From assembly GCA_045592225.1 (NCBI GenBank), contig JAZNUH010000041.1, forward strand, positions 1 through 44,729: a stretch of DNA of 44,729 nt, given 5' to 3'. Under the pieces are notes generated by a model, which saw only the letters and a program-made list of their open reading frames with translations, did no database searches and was not told where the DNA came from. This stretch comes from Clostridia bacterium. Its GTDB lineage: Bacteria > Bacillota > Clostridia > UMGS1883 > UMGS1540. The position numbers and the translations under genes are program-made. Positions 42,975 through 44,729 of this stretch are shown here, piece by piece; within the stretch, counting starts at the first letter, position 1; each line of letters opens with the position of its first letter.

Positions 42975-42998
42975 GTTTGTCAATTAGTATTGACAAAC
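42975..42998. promoter_or_regulatory. perfect 10-bp palindrome (operator-like) overlapping the rdgB -35 box
   Basis: GTTTGTCAAT-TAGT-ATTGACAAAC in the divergent recG/rdgB intergenic region. Confidence 0.45.
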
Positions 42999-43018
42999 GA
43001 CAGATATTAATTTAATAT
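42990..43018 (+). promoter_or_regulatory. sigma-A-type promoter of rdgB
   Basis: TTGACA, 17-nt spacer, TAATAT. Confidence 0.5.
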
Positions 43019-43045
43019 TAACGTATATAAAGAGGTGATTTTTTC

Positions 43046-43633
43046 TTGAAAAAAATTATAATTGCAACCAGAAACAAAGGTAAGGCGCTTGAATTTAAAA
43101 AAATTATGGAGGGTTACGAGGTAATAACCCAGGAAGAAGCAGGAATTGATGTTGAGGTTATTGAAACCGGAGCAACATTTGAAGAAAATGCACTTATAAA
43201 GGCAAGAGCTATTTCTCTGCTTTCGGGCGAGGATGTAATAGCAGACGATTCAGGGCTTGAAGTGTTTTGTCTTGACGGCAGACCCGGCATTTACTCTGCA
43301 AGATACGGCGGAGAAGATGCTGATGACAACACTAAAATGAAATTGCTGAATAATGAGATAGACGAGTCGGGCAGCGATGACAGGAGCGCAAGATTTGTAA
43401 GTGTAATTGCACTTGTACACGCTGACGGCAGTGAGCATACCTTCCGCGGTGAATGTGCGGGAAGTATAATACGCGAGCCGAAGGGTGACGGAGGCTTTGG
43501 GTATGATCCTATATTTTATGTGGAAGAATATGACCAGACCTTTGCACAGATGCCCGCAGACTTAAAAAACAAAATAAGTCACAGAGCCAATGCTCTTTGT
43601 AAGCTGAAAGAATATTTTGAAGAGAATGAGTAA
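43046..43633 (+). CDS. rdgB: non-canonical purine NTP pyrophosphatase (RdgB/HAM1 family)
   Basis: IIIATRNKGKALEF, DDSGLEV, FGYDPIF and SHRANA motifs. The TTG start lies 7 nt after AGAGGTGA. Confidence 0.9.
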   Translation: MKKIIIATRNKGKALEFKKIMEGYEVITQEEAGIDVEVIETGATFEENALIKARAISLLSGEDVIADDSGLEVFCLDGRPGIYSARYGGEDADDNTKMKLLNNEIDESGSDDRSARFVSVIALVHADGSEHTFRGECAGSIIREPKGDGGFGYDPIFYVEEYDQTFAQMPADLKNKISHRANALCKLKEYFEENE

Positions 43634-43638
43634 CAAAG

Positions 43639-43668
43639 CAGGGGTTGCCACTCGTGTGACAACCCCTG
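43639..43668. terminator. shared hairpin terminator of convergent genes
   Basis: CAGGGGTTG-12 nt-CAACCCCTG. On the minus strand it is followed by CTTTGTT. Confidence 0.55.
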
Positions 43669-43674
43669 AAACCA

Positions 43675-43794
43675 TTATCTGTTGCAGCAGAGATTAAATC
43701 CGCCACCGCCACAGCAGTTGAGGATAAAGAAGATAACAAGTATCCAGATAATCCATTCACAGCTGTTTGTAGAATTTGTGCAGCAGTTATCCAT
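43675..43794 (-). CDS. tiny Cys/Gly-rich single-TM protein (39 aa), YjcZ-like sporulation-protein type
   Basis: My own translation is MDNCCTNSTNSCEWIIWILVIFFILNCCGGGGFNLCCNR. The ATG lies 8 nt after GGAGG. It is absent from the ORF track because it is under 60 aa. Confidence 0.55.
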   Translation of the reverse strand: MDNCCTNSTNSCEWIIWILVIFFILNCCGGGGFNLCCNR

Positions 43795-43856
43795 AATATA
43801 AACCTCCTTTTTTATTTGAGTAGGAAATTTTAGCGGCAAAGCCGCTTTAACCGGTT

Positions 43857-44003
43857 TTAGTCACAGCAGGGATTGCTTACGCAGCAGCTGTTGCCGTTGT
43901 TGTTGCCGGAGCCACAGCCACAGAAGAGAATAAGAATTAAAACAATCCATAATATTGACCAGTCATTGCCGCGGCCACCGCAATTTGATGAAAATAAGCC
44001 CAC
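43857..44003 (-). CDS. tiny Cys/Gly/Asn-rich single-TM protein (48 aa), paralogue of 43675-43794
   Basis: My own translation is (V)GLFSSNCGGRGNDWSILWIVLILILFCGCGSGNNNGNSCCVSNPCCD. The GTG start lies 7 nt after AAGGAGG. Confidence 0.5.
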   Translation of the reverse strand: MGLFSSNCGGRGNDWSILWIVLILILFCGCGSGNNNGNSCCVSNPCCD

Positions 44004-44121
44004 TATGTTTCCTCCTTAATTTTAATTGGGGTTTTGGTCGGGCGGGATAAAGTCCTTTATCCGCGACCCAATATCATACTATGCGGCAACCGAAAAAGGG
44101 TTACAGAGAGGAGAAAGTTTT

Positions 44122-44729
44122 ATGAAAATATTGGTATTGACACTGTCAACCGGTCAGGGACACAACCAGACCGCGGCCTCCATTTCTGAATATTTTATAA
44201 ATAGGGGACACGAAAGTATTGTTCTGGACGTTTATAAATATATAAGTCCTTTTTTAAGTGATTCTGTGGAAAAGGGCTATCTTGTAAGTACAAGTCATAT
44301 TCCGAGAATTTACGGCAAGCTTTACCGTTTTGCGGAGATAAGCGATGAGAAGGAAATACCCAATCCGCTTTACAGGCTTTTTAACAGTGTGCTGGGTATA
44401 AAGTTTGCAAAATATGTATCCGAATACAAGCCGGATGTTATAATAACAACCCACGTTTTTGCGGCACTTATGATGCTGGCAATGGAGGACAAAATGCCCG
44501 AATCAAAAACCGTGGGTATAATTACAGACTTTACGGTGCATCCCTTCTGGGGAGATACCGACCTGGACTATTATGTGACTGCATCTCACCTTTTAAGCCA
44601 TGCATGTATAAAAAAGGGTATTGATGCAGAAAAAATTCTGCCCTTTGGTATTCCTATCCACGAAAAGTTTACCAAAAGTATGCCAAAAGCCGAGGCAAGA
44701 GAAAAGCTGGGTATGGAAAACAGGGACAC
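44122..44729 (+). CDS. diacylglycerol glycosyltransferase (MGDG-synthase/UgtP-like, GT28), 3' end outside the window
   Basis: The frame is open from ATG 44122 (RBS GAGGAG) to the window end. MKILVLTLSTGQGHNQTA...KPDVIITTH...ITDF..H..W is collinear with the B. subtilis UgtP N-domain. It is not in the ORF track because there is no stop codon inside the window. Confidence 0.75.
   Translation, partial: MKILVLTLSTGQGHNQTAASISEYFINRGHESIVLDVYKYISPFLSDSVEKGYLVSTSHIPRIYGKLYRFAEISDEKEIPNPLYRLFNSVLGIKFAKYVSEYKPDVIITTHVFAALMMLAMEDKMPESKTVGIITDFTVHPFWGDTDLDYYVTASHLLSHACIKKGIDAEKILPFGIPIHEKFTKSMPKAEAREKLGMENRD

Noticed and set aside
43509-43760. 83-aa minus-strand ORF from the track.
   Set aside because: It overlaps the rdgB 3' end and the shared terminator. 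A different frame in the same region gives a 39-aa protein with a strong RBS and a paralogue nearby.

Overview
The window looks like a chromosomal segment of an endospore-forming Clostridia-class Firmicute; the taxon is inferred from gene content. It is mostly core genes. These include ktrBA, a TAXI-TRAP transporter, a T-box-controlled symporter plus acyl-CoA ligase operon, a RelP/RelQ-type alarmone synthetase operon, dpaAB (spoVFAB), tatD-metG, mscL, two tandem radC genes, a MacAB-like efflux set with an SLH protein, spo0A, spoIVB, pdaA, mntP, recG and rdgB. I saw no rRNA, tRNA, CRISPR array, transposase or integrase. The accessory signal is concentrated around spo0A. (1) A 213-bp diverged direct duplication of the spo0A 3' end brackets a 4-kb AraC/GH31 island. 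The remnant copy is joined through a 5-bp microhomology to a hybrid radC 3' fragment, which looks like a homology-facilitated illegitimate recombination scar, or else an assembly chimera. (2) The usual spoIVB-spo0A adjacency is interrupted by a GH127/AraC module and an AT-rich CHAP-Fn3-double C-type-lectin gene. (3) Two collinear elements of about 279 nt (29011-29288 and 39206-39484) have conserved internal blocks at identical spacing, but long closing inverted repeats that differ in sequence. This fits a structured RNA or an unusual MITE family. Other items are a probable Tyr-specific T-box in front of non-aaRS genes, a DUF5685-like/J-protein/alarmone-synthetase/zinc-ribbon operon, two tiny Cys/Gly-rich membrane proteins missing from the ORF track, and several operator-like or RBS-sequestering palindromes. 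All functional calls come from reading the translated ORFs and motifs by eye. No database search was run.
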